Part shown: positions 49,862 to 60,841 of the stretch, piece after piece
Layout: each line of letters begins with the position of its first letter
Position numbering within the stretch: position 1 is the stretch's first letter
Assembly: GCA_016712535.1 (NCBI GenBank)
Contig: JADJQW010000002.1
Span: 852,458-916,457 of the forward strand
Length of the DNA: 64,000 nt
Origin: Flavobacteriales bacterium
GTDB taxonomy: Bacteria > Bacteroidota > Bacteroidia > Flavobacteriales_F > PHOS-HE28
Direction: 5' to 3'
Position numbers and translations under genes: made by a program
Notes under the pieces: model-generated
Told to the model about the DNA's origin: nothing
Seen by the model: only the letters and a program-made list of their open reading frames with translations
The model's database searches: none

Positions 49862-50284
49862 ATGTTGCAACCGAAGCGCAGCAAGCGCCGCAATATGCAT
49901 AAGGGCCGTATGAAGGGTCAGGCCCAACGCGGTCACCGCGTGAGCCTAGGGTCCTTCGGCCTCAAAGCCATGGAGAGCGTGTGGCTCACCAGCCGCCAGA
50001 TCGAGGCCGCCCGCGTGGCGCTCACCCGCCACATGAAGCGGGAAGGTCAGGTGTGGATCAAGGTGTTCCCCGACAAGCCTGTGACCAGCAAGCCCGCCGA
50101 GGTGCGCATGGGTAAGGGCAAGGGTTCATTGGACCATTGGGTCGCCGTATGCCACGCCGGCCGGATCATCTTCGAAGTGGATGGCGTGCCAACCGCCACG
50201 GCCAAGGAAGCACTGCGCCTGGCCGCACAGAAACTGCCCATCCCGACCAAGTTCGTGATGCGCGAAGACTACGACGGTCAATAA
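49862..50284 (+). CDS. rplP: 50S ribosomal protein L16
   Basis: 140 aa. Confidence 0.95.
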   Translation: MLQPKRSKRRNMHKGRMKGQAQRGHRVSLGSFGLKAMESVWLTSRQIEAARVALTRHMKREGQVWIKVFPDKPVTSKPAEVRMGKGKGSLDHWVAVCHAGRIIFEVDGVPTATAKEALRLAAQKLPIPTKFVMREDYDGQ

Positions 50285-50293
50285 GCGAGCGCC

Positions 50294-50506
50294 ATGAAGA
50301 AGAAAGGACTTGAACTCAACGACCTGACGATGCAGGAACTGCAGGATAAGCTGCAGGAAGAGCGGGGCGCGCTCACCAAGCTGCGCTTCAGCCACACCGT
50401 CAGCCCCATCGAGAACCCCATGCAGTTGCGCTCCAAGCGAAAGGAAGTGGCGCGCATCCTCACCGAGCTCCGAAAGCGCGAACTCGTAAACACGGCCAGC
50501 AAATGA
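50294..50506 (+). CDS. rpmC: 50S ribosomal protein L29
   Basis: 70 aa. Confidence 0.9.
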   Translation: MKKKGLELNDLTMQELQDKLQEERGALTKLRFSHTVSPIENPMQLRSKRKEVARILTELRKRELVNTASK

Positions 50507-50784
50507 GCACCGAGACCACTTCAGCCGCCACTGCCCGCAACCTCCGCAAGGAGCGTGTCGGCGTGGTCACCAGCGATAAAATGAGCAAGAGCATAACGGT
50601 GACCGTTGAGCGTCGCGTGATGCACCCCAAGTACGGCAAGTTCGTGAAGCTCTCCAGCAAGTTCATGGCGCACGATGAGAAGGGCGAGGCCCATATCGGC
50701 GACACCGTGCGCATCATGGAGACCCGCCCGGTGAGCAAGCTGAAGCGCTGGCGCCTGGTGGAAGTGATCGAGCGCGCCAAGTAA
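50503..50784 (+). CDS. rpsQ: 30S ribosomal protein S17
   Basis: 4-nt overlap with rpmC. Confidence 0.93.
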   Translation: MSTETTSAATARNLRKERVGVVTSDKMSKSITVTVERRVMHPKYGKFVKLSSKFMAHDEKGEAHIGDTVRIMETRPVSKLKRWRLVEVIERAK

Positions 50785-50797
50785 TCCCCGCACCCCC

Positions 50798-51166
50798 ATG
50801 ATCCAACAGGAATCCCGACTCAACGTGGCCGATAACAGCGGCGCCAAGGAGGTGCTCTGCATCCGCGTGCTCGGTGGCACCGCCCGCCGCTATGCGCGCA
50901 TCGGCGACACCATCGTGGTCACCGTGAAGGACGCCATGCCCAACGGCCAAGCCAAGAAGGGCACCGTGCACAAGGCCGTGGTGGTCCGCACCAAGAAGGA
51001 GACCCGTCGCAAGGATGGCTCCTACATCCGCTTCGACGACAATGCGGTGGTGATCCTCGACGCTGCAGGCGAGATGAAGGGCACCCGCATCTTCGGTCCG
51101 GTCGCGAAGGAGCTGCGCGAGAAGAAGTTCATGAAGATCATCTCCCTGGCCCCCGAAGTACTCTAA
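50798..51166 (+). CDS. rplN: 50S ribosomal protein L14
   Basis: 122 aa. Confidence 0.96.
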   Translation: MIQQESRLNVADNSGAKEVLCIRVLGGTARRYARIGDTIVVTVKDAMPNGQAKKGTVHKAVVVRTKKETRRKDGSYIRFDDNAVVILDAAGEMKGTRIFGPVAKELREKKFMKIISLAPEVL

Positions 51167-51169
51167 GCC

Positions 51170-51490
51170 ATGCAGAAGAAGACGCACATCAAGAAAGGCG
51201 ATATGGTCGTGGTGCTCGCAGGCGAGGACCGCACCAAGCAAGGTCGCGTGCTCGAGGTGAACCGCGAGCGCATGACCGCCATCGTCGAGGGCCGCAACAT
51301 CAAGAAGAAGCACAGCAAGCCTTCCACGGCCAGCCCTCAAGGCGGCATCGTGGACAAGGAAGGCCCCATCCATCTCAGCAACCTGATGCTGATCGATGCC
51401 AAGACCGGCGAACCCGGTCGTGTGGGCCGTCGATTGGACAAGGAAGGCAAGCTGGAGCGTTACGTGAAGACCAAGAAATCCAAGGCCTAA
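51170..51490 (+). CDS. rplX: 50S ribosomal protein L24
   Basis: 106 aa. KOW motif. Confidence 0.93.
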   Translation: MQKKTHIKKGDMVVVLAGEDRTKQGRVLEVNRERMTAIVEGRNIKKKHSKPSTASPQGGIVDKEGPIHLSNLMLIDAKTGEPGRVGRRLDKEGKLERYVKTKKSKA

Positions 51491-51493
51491 GCC

Positions 51494-52048
51494 ATGACCT
51501 ACGTTCCCCGGCTACGCGCCAAATACACGGCAGAGGTGACCCCGGCCCTCCAGAAGGAGTTCGGGTACAGCAGCCCCATGCAGGTGCCGCGCATCGTGAA
51601 GATCAGCCTCAATCAGGGCCTCGGCTCTGCTGTGGGCGATAAGAAAGTGGTGGAGAATGCCGTGGCCGAAATGACAAGCATCGCTGGTCAAAAGGCCGTG
51701 CCCACCGTATCCCGCAAGGACATCAGCAATTTCAAGCTCCGGAAAGGCATGCCCATCGGCGCTCGTGTCACCCTGCGGGGCGACCGGATGTATGAGTTCC
51801 TGGACCGCCTCATCTCGGTGAGCCTGCCCCGTACGCGCGACTTCCGAGGCGTGAAGGCCACCGGCTTCGACGGCCGCGGCAACTTCACATTCGGCGTGAA
51901 GGAGCAGATCATCTTCCCGGAGATTGACATCGACAAGGTGACTCGCATGCAAGGCATGGACATCACCGTGGTCACCACCGCCGGATCCGACGAGGAGGCC
52001 AAGAGCCTGCTCACCGCGTTCGGATTCCCATTCTCAGACAAGAAGTAA
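51494..52048 (+). CDS. rplE: 50S ribosomal protein L5
   Basis: 184 aa. Confidence 0.95.
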   Translation: MTYVPRLRAKYTAEVTPALQKEFGYSSPMQVPRIVKISLNQGLGSAVGDKKVVENAVAEMTSIAGQKAVPTVSRKDISNFKLRKGMPIGARVTLRGDRMYEFLDRLISVSLPRTRDFRGVKATGFDGRGNFTFGVKEQIIFPEIDIDKVTRMQGMDITVVTTAGSDEEAKSLLTAFGFPFSDKK

Positions 52049-52065
52049 ACGCAACAATCCAGAAC

Positions 52066-52335
52066 ATGGCCAAGGAATCCATGAAAGCCCGCGAGCGCAA
52101 GCGCGCACGCATGGTGGAGAAGTACGCCGCCAAGCGCGCTGCGCTGAAGAAGGCCGGCGAATGGGAGAAGCTCCAGCAGCTCCCTGCGAATGGCAGCAAG
52201 GTGCGCATGCACAACCGCTGCCAGATCACCGGGCGCCCTCGCGGTTACATCCGCCTGTTCGGCATCTCGCGCAACATGTTCCGGAACATGGCCCTCGAAG
52301 GCAAGATTCCCGGAGTAACCAAGTGCAGCTGGTAA
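52066..52335 (+). CDS. rpsN: 30S ribosomal protein S14 (long, non-zinc form)
   Basis: 89 aa. [11 protein letters not shown] motif. Confidence 0.93.
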   Translation: MAKESMKARERKRARMVEKYAAKRAALKKAGEWEKLQQLPANGSKVRMHNRCQITGRPRGYIRLFGISRNMFRNMALEGKIPGVTKCSW

Positions 52336-52353
52336 GACAGATGCGAGGACGCG

Positions 52354-52374
52354 ATTCCGGGTCGTGCCCGGAAT
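52354..52374 (+). promoter_or_regulatory. perfect 8-bp-stem hairpin ATTCCGGG-TCGTG-CCCGGAAT in the rpsN-rpsH intercistronic leader
   Basis: Seen directly, about 25 nt upstream of the rpsH ATG. Confidence 0.3.
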
Positions 52375-52397
52375 GACAAGCCCAAAAAGAAACGACC

Positions 52398-52796
52398 ATG
52401 ACCACCGACCCCATCGCCGATTACCTCACCCGCCTGCGGAACGCCATTATGGCGCGCAAGAAGGTCGTGGTGGTGCCCGCGAGCAACCTGAAGAAGGATA
52501 TCACGCGGATCCTCTACGATAAAGGCTACATCCTCTCCTGGAAGGCCGAAGATGACGGTAAGCAAGGCCTCATCAAGATCGCGCTCAAGTACGATCAGCA
52601 GACCCGCCAGAGCGCCATCCGCGAGCTGAGCCGCGTAAGCACGCCCGGCCTGCGCAAGTACGCCCATGTGGAGCAGCTGCCCCGCGTGCTCAACGGCCTC
52701 GGCGTGGCCATCATCTCCACCAGCAAAGGAGTGGTCACCGACAAGGAGGCGCGCGCGCTGAACGTGGGAGGCGAAGTCCTCTGCTACGTGAGCTAA
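52398..52796 (+). CDS. rpsH: 30S ribosomal protein S8
   Basis: 132 aa. Confidence 0.95.
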   Translation: MTTDPIADYLTRLRNAIMARKKVVVVPASNLKKDITRILYDKGYILSWKAEDDGKQGLIKIALKYDQQTRQSAIRELSRVSTPGLRKYAHVEQLPRVLNGLGVAIISTSKGVVTDKEARALNVGGEVLCYVS

Positions 52797-52808
52797 GAAC
52801 ACACTACC

Positions 52809-53363
52809 ATGAGCCGAATTGGAAAAGCGCCGATCAATCTGCCCAAAGGGGTGGAGGTCAGCATCAGCGATAAGAACCTGATCACCGTGAAGGGCCCCAA
52901 GGGAACCTTGGAGCAGGCTGTCGATCCCGTGATCAACATGAAGAAGGAGGGTTCGGTCGTGACCCTTGAGCGCCCGACGGACGCCAAGCCGCACCGCGCG
53001 AAGCATGGCCTGTACCGCGCGCTCATCGCCAACATGGTGAAGGGAGTGAGCGAGGGCTACGTGATCGAGCAGGAACTCGTGGGCGTGGGTTACCGTGCCA
53101 CCGCCAAGGGCCAGCAATTGCAGCTCGCACTGGGCTATTCGCACGGCATCACCCTCGTGCTGCCCCCGCAGATCAAGGTGGCGGCAGCGCAGGAGAAAGG
53201 GAAGAATCCCATCATCCGCCTCGAGAGCCCGGATAAGCAACTCATCGGCCAGGTGGCCGCCAAGCTGCGTTCACTGCGCAAGCCTGAGCCATACAAGGGC
53301 AAGGGTGTGCGCTTCGTGGGCGAAGTGGTGCGTCGCAAGGCAGGTAAAGCGGCAGGCAAATAA
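52809..53363 (+). CDS. rplF: 50S ribosomal protein L6
   Basis: 184 aa. Confidence 0.95.
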   Translation: MSRIGKAPINLPKGVEVSISDKNLITVKGPKGTLEQAVDPVINMKKEGSVVTLERPTDAKPHRAKHGLYRALIANMVKGVSEGYVIEQELVGVGYRATAKGQQLQLALGYSHGITLVLPPQIKVAAAQEKGKNPIIRLESPDKQLIGQVAAKLRSLRKPEPYKGKGVRFVGEVVRRKAGKAAGK

Positions 53364-53373
53364 TCATTGAGCC

Positions 53374-53727
53374 ATGGCATTCAGCAGGGAAGCACGCAGA
53401 CAGAAGATCCAGCAACGGGTGCGCAAGACGGTGCAAGGCACCATCGAACGCCCGCGCCTGTCGGTCTATCGCAGCAACACGGGCATGTACGCCCAGATCA
53501 TCGACGACGTGGCCGGCCGCACCTTGGTGAGCGCCTCTTCACTGAAGGACAAGAAGGCCAACGGAATCGCGAAGATCGAGCAGGCCAAGGTCGTGGGCCA
53601 GGCCATCGCCGAGAAGGCCAAGGCCGCCGGCATCGATAAAGTGGTGTTCGACCGTAATGGCTACCTGTACCATGGCCGCGTGAAGGCGCTGGCCGAAGCC
53701 GCCCGCGAAGCAGGCCTCAACTTCTGA
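53374..53727 (+). CDS. rplR: 50S ribosomal protein L18
   Basis: 117 aa. Confidence 0.93.
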   Translation: MAFSREARRQKIQQRVRKTVQGTIERPRLSVYRSNTGMYAQIIDDVAGRTLVSASSLKDKKANGIAKIEQAKVVGQAIAEKAKAAGIDKVVFDRNGYLYHGRVKALAEAAREAGLNF

Positions 53728-53739
53728 TCTCATCAGCAC

Positions 53740-54258
53740 ATGTCCGAACCGAACAACAAGAAGGTCAAGAGCAGCGACCTCGAGCTGAAGGATAAGCTCG
53801 TGGCCCTGAACCGTGTCACCAAGGTGACCAAGGGCGGCCGCACCTTCACCTTCGCCGCCATCGTGGTGGTGGGGAATGAGAATGGCGTGGTCGGCCATGG
53901 CCTGGGCAAGGCCAAGGAAGTGCAGGAGGCCATCGCCAAGGGCATCGACGACGCCAAGAAGAACCTGGTGAAGGTGCCTGTGATGAAAGGCACCATCCCG
54001 CACTCGCAAGAGGGCAAGTTCGCCGGGGCGCAGGTTTTCCTGAAGCCTGCAGCGCACGGTACGGGCGTGATCGCTGGCGGCGCCATGCGCGCTGTGCTCG
54101 AGAGTGTGGGCATCACCGACGTGCTTGCCAAGAGCAAGGGCAGCAGCAACCCGCACAATGTGGTGAAGGCCACCATCGAGGCGCTCACGAACATGCGCGA
54201 TGCGATCCAGGTATCGCGCCAGCGCGGAGTGAAATTGGAACGCGTATTCAACGGATAA
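53740..54258 (+). CDS. rpsE: 30S ribosomal protein S5
   Basis: 172 aa. Confidence 0.95.
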   Translation: MSEPNNKKVKSSDLELKDKLVALNRVTKVTKGGRTFTFAAIVVVGNENGVVGHGLGKAKEVQEAIAKGIDDAKKNLVKVPVMKGTIPHSQEGKFAGAQVFLKPAAHGTGVIAGGAMRAVLESVGITDVLAKSKGSSNPHNVVKATIEALTNMRDAIQVSRQRGVKLERVFNG

Positions 54259-54283
54259 CGACACCTAGCCGAACCAACGGCAT

Positions 54284-54469
54284 ATGGCCATGAGCAAGAT
54301 CACCATCACACAGACCCGCAGCCAGATCAAATGCCCCCAGCGGCAGAAGGCCACCCTGAAGGCCCTCGGACTTGGACGCATCGGCAAGACGATCACGCAT
54401 GAAGGCACCGCGCAGGTGCTCGGCATGGTGAACAAGGTGCAGCATCTGGTGAGCGTGAAAGCGGCCTGA
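54284..54469 (+). CDS. rpmD: 50S ribosomal protein L30
   Basis: 61 aa. Confidence 0.88.
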   Translation: MAMSKITITQTRSQIKCPQRQKATLKALGLGRIGKTITHEGTAQVLGMVNKVQHLVSVKAA

Positions 54470-54489
54470 ACCCCTTAGAGCGAACGATC

Positions 54490-54963
54490 ATGGACCTGAG
54501 CAAACTCCAGCCCGCCGAAGGGGCCACGAAGAAGAACAAGCGCATGGGTCGCGGCCAAGGCAGCGGCCGTGGCGGCACGTCCGGCAAAGGCCATAAGGGC
54601 CAGAAGGCCGGTACGGGCTACAATCGCAAGCGCGGATTCGAAGGCGGACAAATGCCTTTGGCGCGCCGCCTGCCCAAGTTCGGTTTCACCAACCCCACCC
54701 GCGTAGAGTACAAGGGCATCAACCTCGATGCCTTGCAGACGCTGGCCACCGAGAAGAACCTCTCGGTCATCGATCCAGCCGTGCTGCGCGCCAACGGCCT
54801 CATCGCCCGGAACGACCTGCTGAAGGTGCTTGGCCGCGGTGAGGTCACCAGCGCACTCAATATCACAGCGCACGCATTCAGCGCTTCCGCCAAGGCAGCC
54901 ATCGAGGCCAAGGGCGGCAAAGCCGAAGTGATCGCCACCATCGCCCCCAAGACTGAGGCATGA
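54490..54963 (+). CDS. rplO: 50S ribosomal protein L15
   Basis: 157 aa. Confidence 0.93.
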   Translation: MDLSKLQPAEGATKKNKRMGRGQGSGRGGTSGKGHKGQKAGTGYNRKRGFEGGQMPLARRLPKFGFTNPTRVEYKGINLDALQTLATEKNLSVIDPAVLRANGLIARNDLLKVLGRGEVTSALNITAHAFSASAKAAIEAKGGKAEVIATIAPKTEA

Positions 54964-56297
54964 AGAACCTGATCGACACGATCAAGAACATCTGGCGCAT
55001 CGAGGAGCTGCGCACGCGCATCCTCATCACGCTGGGCCTGCTGCTGGTCTACCGCATCGGCAGCTTCATCATCCTGCCCGGTGTGGACAGCGTGGCCATG
55101 GCCCGCAACAGCGCAGGCGGCGGCGGCATCGCCGAGATCCTTGCCATCTTCACGGGAGGCGCCTTCACCCGCGCGAGCATCTTCGCTTTGGGCATCATGC
55201 CGTACATCAGCGCATCGATCATCATGCAGCTCGCAGGCATCGCCATCCCGGCGGTGCAGAAGAAGCAGAAGGAGGAGAGCGGCCGTCGCCAGCTGAACCA
55301 ATGGACCCGCTACCTGACCATCGCCATCTGCATGGCGCAGGCCCCGGGATACCTGTACACGAGCATCGAGCAAGGAGCCGCTCCGCTCGATAACCTGGGC
55401 TGGGTCTGGGGAAGCGTGTTCATCCTTACGGCCAGCACGCTCTTCGTGATGTGGCTGGGTGAGCGGATCACCGAGCGCGGCTTGGGCAACGGCATCTCGT
55501 TGATCATCATGATCGGCATCCTCGCGCAATTGCCGCAGAGCTTCGCACAGGAAGTGGTGGGCCGCATGGGCCCTGGCGGCGGTGGCCTGGTGCTGCTGCT
55601 GGTCGAAGTGGTGCTCTGGGTGCTCATCATCGCTGGCTGCATCCTCCTGGTACAGGGCACGCGCCGCATCCCGGTTCAATTCGCCAAGCGCGTGGTGGGC
55701 AACAAGCAGTACGGCGGCGTGCGCAACTACATCCCGTTGAAGGTGAATGCCGCCGGTGTTATGCCCATCATCTTCGCACAGGCCATCGTGCTCATCCCCA
55801 TGTACATCGCCCAGGCGCCTTTCCTGAGCGAGAGCGTGCGCAACTGGATGCAGACCGCCACCAACAGCCAGAGCTGGGGCTACAACATCGCCCTCTTCCT
55901 CATGGTGGTCGCCTTCACGTACTTCTATACCGCCATCACGGTGAATCCTAACCAGATGGCCGACGACATGAAGCGCAACGGAGGCTTCATCCCTGGCGTG
56001 AAGCCTGGCAAGGCCACGGCCTCGCACATTGATGAATTGCTATCGCGCATCACCCTGCCCGGCGCCATCTTCCTTGGCATGGTGGCGATCCTCCCGGCCT
56101 TCGCGGGCATGATGGGCATTAAGCAGGGCTTCGCGCAGTTCTTCGGTGGAACCTCATTGTTGATCATGGTGGGCGTGCTCTTGGACACGCTGCAGCAGAT
56201 TGAAAGTCATCTCTTGATGCGCCATTACGACGGATTGATGAAGAGCGGGCGGATCAAGGGAAGGAATCAGGGAGCGGCCTACGGCATGGCTGGGTGA
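54960..56297 (+). CDS. secY: preprotein translocase subunit SecY
   Basis: 445 aa. 10 TM segments. 4-nt overlap with rplO. Confidence 0.96.
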   Translation: MKNLIDTIKNIWRIEELRTRILITLGLLLVYRIGSFIILPGVDSVAMARNSAGGGGIAEILAIFTGGAFTRASIFALGIMPYISASIIMQLAGIAIPAVQKKQKEESGRRQLNQWTRYLTIAICMAQAPGYLYTSIEQGAAPLDNLGWVWGSVFILTASTLFVMWLGERITERGLGNGISLIIMIGILAQLPQSFAQEVVGRMGPGGGGLVLLLVEVVLWVLIIAGCILLVQGTRRIPVQFAKRVVGNKQYGGVRNYIPLKVNAAGVMPIIFAQAIVLIPMYIAQAPFLSESVRNWMQTATNSQSWGYNIALFLMVVAFTYFYTAITVNPNQMADDMKRNGGFIPGVKPGKATASHIDELLSRITLPGAIFLGMVAILPAFAGMMGIKQGFAQFFGGTSLLIMVGVLLDTLQQIESHLLMRHYDGLMKSGRIKGRNQGAAYGMAG

Positions 56298-56300
56298 ACC

Positions 56301-57107
56301 ATGGGGAGCAAACCCCTGGTGAACCTGAGCGATGACGAGATCGCGGTGTTGAAGGAGAGTTCTTTGCTTGTTGGCAAGACCTTGGCGGAAGTGGCCAGGC
56401 GGATCGGCCCCGGTGTCACCACCGGAGAGCTCGATCGCATGGCCGAGGAATTCATCCGCGACAACGGCGCAGTGCCCGGATTCAAGGGGCTTTACGATTG
56501 CCCCAGCACCTTGCTGATCAGCGTGAACGAGCAAGTCGTTCACGGGCTGCCCGGTGATCGTGCCCTGAAAGAGGGTGATGTGGCCAGCGTGGACTGCGGT
56601 GTGCTGATGAACGGGTTCTATGGCGACAGCGCGTACACCTTCATGGTGGGCGAGGTGGCCGAACCGGTGAAGCGCCTGTTGCGCGTCACGCGCGAGTGCT
56701 TGGATCACGGCATCGCAGCGGCGGTCGAGGGCAATCGCACTGGCGATATCGGCTTCGCGATCCAGCACCATGCGGAGAGCAACGGCTACGGCGTGGTGCG
56801 GGAACTGGTCGGTCACGGCGTGGGGCGCAAGCTGCACGAGGCCCCCGAAGTGCCCAATTATGGACGGCGCGGGCATGGCGTGAAGCTGACGCGCGGGATG
56901 GTGCTCGCGATCGAGCCCATGATCAACATGGGCGTGAAGGAAGTGCGACAGCTCACCGACGGATGGACCGTGGTGTCACGCGATGGGAAGCCCAGCGCGC
57001 ACTATGAGCACAACGTGGCCGTGAGGGCCGGGAAGGCCGAGGTATTGTCAACCTTCAGTTACATCGAGGATGTGCTGAAGAAGAAGGGTGAATCGATCAC
57101 CGCATAG
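56301..57107 (+). CDS. map: type I methionine aminopeptidase
   Basis: 268 aa. Metal ligands in conserved positions. Confidence 0.93.
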   Translation: MGSKPLVNLSDDEIAVLKESSLLVGKTLAEVARRIGPGVTTGELDRMAEEFIRDNGAVPGFKGLYDCPSTLLISVNEQVVHGLPGDRALKEGDVASVDCGVLMNGFYGDSAYTFMVGEVAEPVKRLLRVTRECLDHGIAAAVEGNRTGDIGFAIQHHAESNGYGVVRELVGHGVGRKLHEAPEVPNYGRRGHGVKLTRGMVLAIEPMINMGVKEVRQLTDGWTVVSRDGKPSAHYEHNVAVRAGKAEVLSTFSYIEDVLKKKGESITA

Positions 57108-57183
57108 GGGCGAGCCATGGTTGGCCCAGCGCGGTGAACTGGAAGGATAGGGAACGAACAAGAAAAGGAACGAAAGGAAGGAG

Positions 57184-57405
57184 ATGAGCAAGACGGGGAC
57201 CATCGAGCAGGACGGCGTCATCAAAGAGGCGCTGAGCAATGCCATGTTCCGCGTGGAGCTCGAGAACGGTCACGTGATCATCGCCCACATATCGGGCAAG
57301 ATGCGGATGCATTACATCCGGATCCTGCCCGGCGACAAGGTGAAAGTGGAGATGAGCCCGTACGACCTGAGCAAGGGCCGCATCACCTTCCGATACAAGA
57401 GCTAA
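57184..57405 (+). CDS. infA: translation initiation factor IF-1
   Basis: 73 aa. S1-like fold sequence. Confidence 0.95.
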   Translation: MSKTGTIEQDGVIKEALSNAMFRVELENGHVIIAHISGKMRMHYIRILPGDKVKVEMSPYDLSKGRITFRYKS

Positions 57406-57419
57406 AGAACCAGAGCACC

Positions 57420-57536
57420 ATGAAGGTCAGGGCCTCCCTCAAACCACGCTCCGCGGACTGCAAGATCGTCCGTCGCAAAGGGCGTCTGTACATCATCAAC
57501 AAGAAGAACCCCAAGTTCAAGCAGCGTCAAGGCTGA
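57420..57536 (+). CDS. rpmJ: 50S ribosomal protein L36 (non-zinc-binding variant)
   Basis: 38-aa [41 protein letters not shown] between infA and rpsM. Below the ORF-track size cutoff. Only one of the four Cys/His zinc ligands of canonical L36 is retained. Confidence 0.85.
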   Translation: MKVRASLKPRSADCKIVRRKGRLYIINKKNPKFKQRQG

Positions 57537-57554
57537 GAACACAACCGAACGAGC

Positions 57555-57932
57555 ATGGCACGTATCGCAGGCATCGACCTACCCAAGACCAAGCGCGGGG
57601 CCATCGGCCTCACCTACATCTATGGCATCGGCCGCAGCAGGGCGCTGGAGATCCTCCAGGCAGCTGGTGTGGACCCCGACACCAAGGTGGACGACTGGAC
57701 CGATGATGAGCAAGCGCGCATCCGTCAGCACATCAATGAGCAGGTGAAGGTGGAGGGCGCCCTTCGCAGCGAGGTCCAGCTCAGTATCAAGCGCCTGGTC
57801 GATATCGGCGCATGGAGGGGCCAGCGCCACCGCAGCGGCCTGCCCGTTCGCGGCCAGCGCACCCGCACCAACAGCCGCACCCGCAAGGGCAAGCGCAAGA
57901 CCGTGGCCAACAAGAAGAAAGCGACCAAGTAG
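57555..57932 (+). CDS. rpsM: 30S ribosomal protein S13
   Basis: 125 aa. Confidence 0.95.
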   Translation: MARIAGIDLPKTKRGAIGLTYIYGIGRSRALEILQAAGVDPDTKVDDWTDDEQARIRQHINEQVKVEGALRSEVQLSIKRLVDIGAWRGQRHRSGLPVRGQRTRTNSRTRKGKRKTVANKKKATK

Positions 57933-57994
57933 GGGGCATCATGATGCGCCCTCTCTTGGGCGCGCGTGAACCACCCCGACCAATCGAAACGACA

Positions 57995-58408
57995 ATGGCA
58001 AAGCAGCAAGAAGGCAAAGGCGGCGCCGCCGCTGGCAAGAAGAAGAAGAAGAAAGTGGTCGTGGAGGCCTTTGGGCAAGCCCACATCCAAGCCACCTTCA
58101 ACAACCTGATCATCAGCCTCACCAACAACAAGGGCGAGGTGATCAGCTGGTCCTCTTCAGGCAAGCAGGGCTTCCGCGGGAGCAAGAAGAATACCCCGTA
58201 CGCGGGCCAAGTGAGCGCCGAAGAGGCCGCACGCGAGGCCTTCGAATTGGGCCTGCGCAAAGTGAAGGTGTTCGTGAAGGGGCCTGGCGGCGGACGCGAG
58301 AGCGCCATCCGCGCGCTGCACAACAACGGCGTGGAGGTCACCGAGATCGTCGACATCACCCCCATGCCCCATAACGGCTGCCGTCCACCTAAGAAGCGCC
58401 GCGTATAA
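57995..58408 (+). CDS. rpsK: 30S ribosomal protein S11
   Basis: ORF 57812..58408. ATG at 57995 ([10 protein letters not shown]…). Confidence 0.93.
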   Translation: MAKQQEGKGGAAAGKKKKKKVVVEAFGQAHIQATFNNLIISLTNNKGEVISWSSSGKQGFRGSKKNTPYAGQVSAEEAAREAFELGLRKVKVFVKGPGGGRESAIRALHNNGVEVTEIVDITPMPHNGCRPPKKRRV

Positions 58409-58492
58409 AACCAATCAACCTGTAGGGGCGCGATGGACGCGCGCTCCGTTGTTGGTGCGGGAAAACCAAGGCCGCACCCAAATCGAAGATCA

Positions 58493-59098
58493 ATGGCACG
58501 TTACACAGGACCCAAGACCCGCATCGCCCGCAAATTCGGCGAAGCCATCCTCGGCCCCACGAAATGGATGGAGCGCAAGCCCCATGCACCCGGCCAGCAC
58601 GGCCTTACCAAGCGCCGCGGCAAGCAGAGTGAATACTCCACGCAGCTGAAGGAGAAGCAGAAGGCCAAGTACACCTATGGCATCCTCGAGCGCCAGTTCG
58701 AGAAGATGTTCCACACCGCGGCCAGCAAGAAGGGCATCACCGGTGAGGTATTGCTTCAGCTCTGCGAGGCGCGCCTCGATAACACCGTGTTCCGCTTGGG
58801 CATCGCCCCCACGCGCCGTGCCGCTCGCCAGCTAGTGAGCCACGGACATATCACCGTTGATGGTGGTGTGGTTACGATTCCGAGTTATTCGCTTCGCCCT
58901 GGCCAAAACGTGGCCGTGCGCGAGAAGAGCCGTGCGCTGGAAGCCATCACCAATAGCGTCTCGGTGAACAGCCGTCGCTTCGACTGGCTCGAATGGAACC
59001 CCAACAGCCTGAGCGGCAAGATGATCACCATGCCCGAGCGCGCGCAGATACCGGAGAACATCCGCGAGCAGCTCATCGTGGAATTGTACTCGAAGTAA
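58493..59098 (+). CDS. rpsD: 30S ribosomal protein S4
   Basis: ORF 58433..59098. ATG at 58493 ([17 protein letters not shown]). Confidence 0.94.
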   Translation: MARYTGPKTRIARKFGEAILGPTKWMERKPHAPGQHGLTKRRGKQSEYSTQLKEKQKAKYTYGILERQFEKMFHTAASKKGITGEVLLQLCEARLDNTVFRLGIAPTRRAARQLVSHGHITVDGGVVTIPSYSLRPGQNVAVREKSRALEAITNSVSVNSRRFDWLEWNPNSLSGKMITMPERAQIPENIREQLIVELYSK

Positions 59099-59157
59099 GC
59101 GTGAGCCATCAGCGGTTGCCCGTTGTCAGGGAGCCGGTGATGCGTATGGACAAGCAC

Positions 59158-59185
59158 TGACAACGGACAACGGACAACAGACAAC
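59158..59185 (+). repeat. tandem heptamer repeat (GACAACR)x4 in the rpsD-rpoA leader
   Basis: GACAACG GACAACG GACAACA GACAACA, preceded by the inverted pair CCGTTGTCAG…CTGACAACGG (59121-59166). Confidence 0.5.
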
Positions 59186-59200
59186 AACAAGCAAACCCAC

Positions 59201-60190
59201 ATGCCCATCCTCGAATTCCAGCGCCCCGACAAGGTCACGATGATCGAATCCGACGAGAAGCGCGGCATCTTCGAGTTCCGCCCGCTCGAGCCCGGCTACG
59301 GCATCACCATCGGCAACTCGCTGCGTCGCATCCTGCTTTCCAGCCTTGAAGGCTATGCCATCACCAGCGTGCGCGTTGAAGGCGTTGACCATGAGTTCAG
59401 CACCATCAAGGGCGTGATCGAGGACATGACCGAGATCGTGCTCAACCTCAAGCAGGTGCGCTTCCGACGCCAGCTCGAGGACAGCAGCAGCGAGCGCGTG
59501 AGCATCACCATCAGCGGAAAGGACAGCTTCACTGCAGGCGATATCGGCCGCAGCACCACCGGCTTCCAGGTGCTCAACCCCGACCTGGTGATCTGCCACA
59601 TGGAGCCGAACGTGAAATTGCACATCGATTTGGTCGTCGGCAAGGGCCGAGGCTACGTGCCCGCCGATGAGAACAAGGTGAACGCCCCCATCGGCACCAT
59701 CTTCATCGACTCCATCTTCACGCCGATCAAGAACGTGAAGTACACCGTGGAGAATACCCGCGTGGAGGAGAAGACCGATTACGAGAAGCTCACCATCGAG
59801 GTGGTCACCGACGGCAGCATCAGCCCGAAGAACGCCTTGCAGGAGGCTGCCAAGATCCTCATCCACCACTTCATGCTCTTCAGCGACGAGCGCATCAGCC
59901 TCGATATGGAAGAGCGCGTGCAGGAAGAGAACTTCGACGAGGACAGCCTGCACATGCGCCAGCTCCTGAAGACCAAATTGGTGGACATGGACCTGAGCGT
60001 GCGCGCGCTGAACTGCCTCAAGGCGGCCGACATCGAGACCCTCGGCGACCTGGTGAGCTACAACAAGAACGACCTCTTGAAGTTCCGGAACTTCGGGAAG
60101 AAGAGCCTCACCGAGCTCGAGGATCTGGTGGAGAACAAGGGCCTGAGCTTCGGGATGAACCTCGGCAAATACAAGCTGGATAAAGAGTGA
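59201..60190 (+). CDS. rpoA: DNA-directed RNA polymerase subunit alpha
   Basis: 329 aa. N-terminal domain plus alpha-CTD. Confidence 0.97.
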   Translation: MPILEFQRPDKVTMIESDEKRGIFEFRPLEPGYGITIGNSLRRILLSSLEGYAITSVRVEGVDHEFSTIKGVIEDMTEIVLNLKQVRFRRQLEDSSSERVSITISGKDSFTAGDIGRSTTGFQVLNPDLVICHMEPNVKLHIDLVVGKGRGYVPADENKVNAPIGTIFIDSIFTPIKNVKYTVENTRVEEKTDYEKLTIEVVTDGSISPKNALQEAAKILIHHFMLFSDERISLDMEERVQEENFDEDSLHMRQLLKTKLVDMDLSVRALNCLKAADIETLGDLVSYNKNDLLKFRNFGKKSLTELEDLVENKGLSFGMNLGKYKLDKE

Positions 60191-60261
60191 TGTAAGTCGG
60201 CGTGAGGGGAGCCCTCGCACCATTGCAATCATGAAAAACCAACCCACAACCGAGATAGACG

Positions 60262-60750
60262 ATGAGACACGGAAACAAGAACAACGCGCTCGGCCGCAAG
60301 AAGGCCCACCGCGACGCGCTGCTGAGCAACCTCGCTATCTCGCTCATCGAGCACAAGCGCATCGAGACCACCTTGGCCAAGGCCCGTGCCCTGCGCCGCT
60401 ACGTGGAGCCGATCATCACCCGCAGCAAGGACGATAGCACCAGCAGCCGCCGCATGGTCTTCGCCGATCTTCAGAACAAATCGGCCACCGCCATTCTCTT
60501 CCGCGACGTAGCCCCCAAAGTGGCGCAACGCCCCGGTGGCTACACCCGCATCATCAAGCTTGGCAACCGCTTGGGCGATGCCGCGGAAATGGCCATGATC
60601 GAGCTGGTGGACTTCAACACGCTTTATGTGAAGGAGAAGGCCGGTGCTGACGCCAAGAAGACCCGTCGCAGCCGTCGCAGCCCCGCTGCCAAGAAGGCCG
60701 AAGGGGAAGCGAAGCCGGAAGCTGGCGCCGACGAGGCGAAAGCTGAATAA
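60262..60750 (+). CDS. rplQ: 50S ribosomal protein L17 with K/A/E-rich C-terminal extension
   Basis: 162 aa. Confidence 0.93.
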   Translation: MRHGNKNNALGRKKAHRDALLSNLAISLIEHKRIETTLAKARALRRYVEPIITRSKDDSTSSRRMVFADLQNKSATAILFRDVAPKVAQRPGGYTRIIKLGNRLGDAAEMAMIELVDFNTLYVKEKAGADAKKTRRSRRSPAAKKAEGEAKPEAGADEAKAE

Positions 60751-60770
60751 GTCCGAAACAAGGCTTGACC

Positions 60771-60798
60771 GAAGAGGCGCTCTCAGGGGCGCCTCTTC
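60771..60798 (+). terminator. hairpin terminator ending the alpha operon
   Basis: GAAGAGGCGC-TCTCAGGG-GCGCCTCTTC: a perfect 10-bp stem. Confidence 0.55.
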
Positions 60799-60841
60799 GC
60801 GTTGCAGACGGCGAGGGTCTACGCCGTCCTTTATTTGCGGC

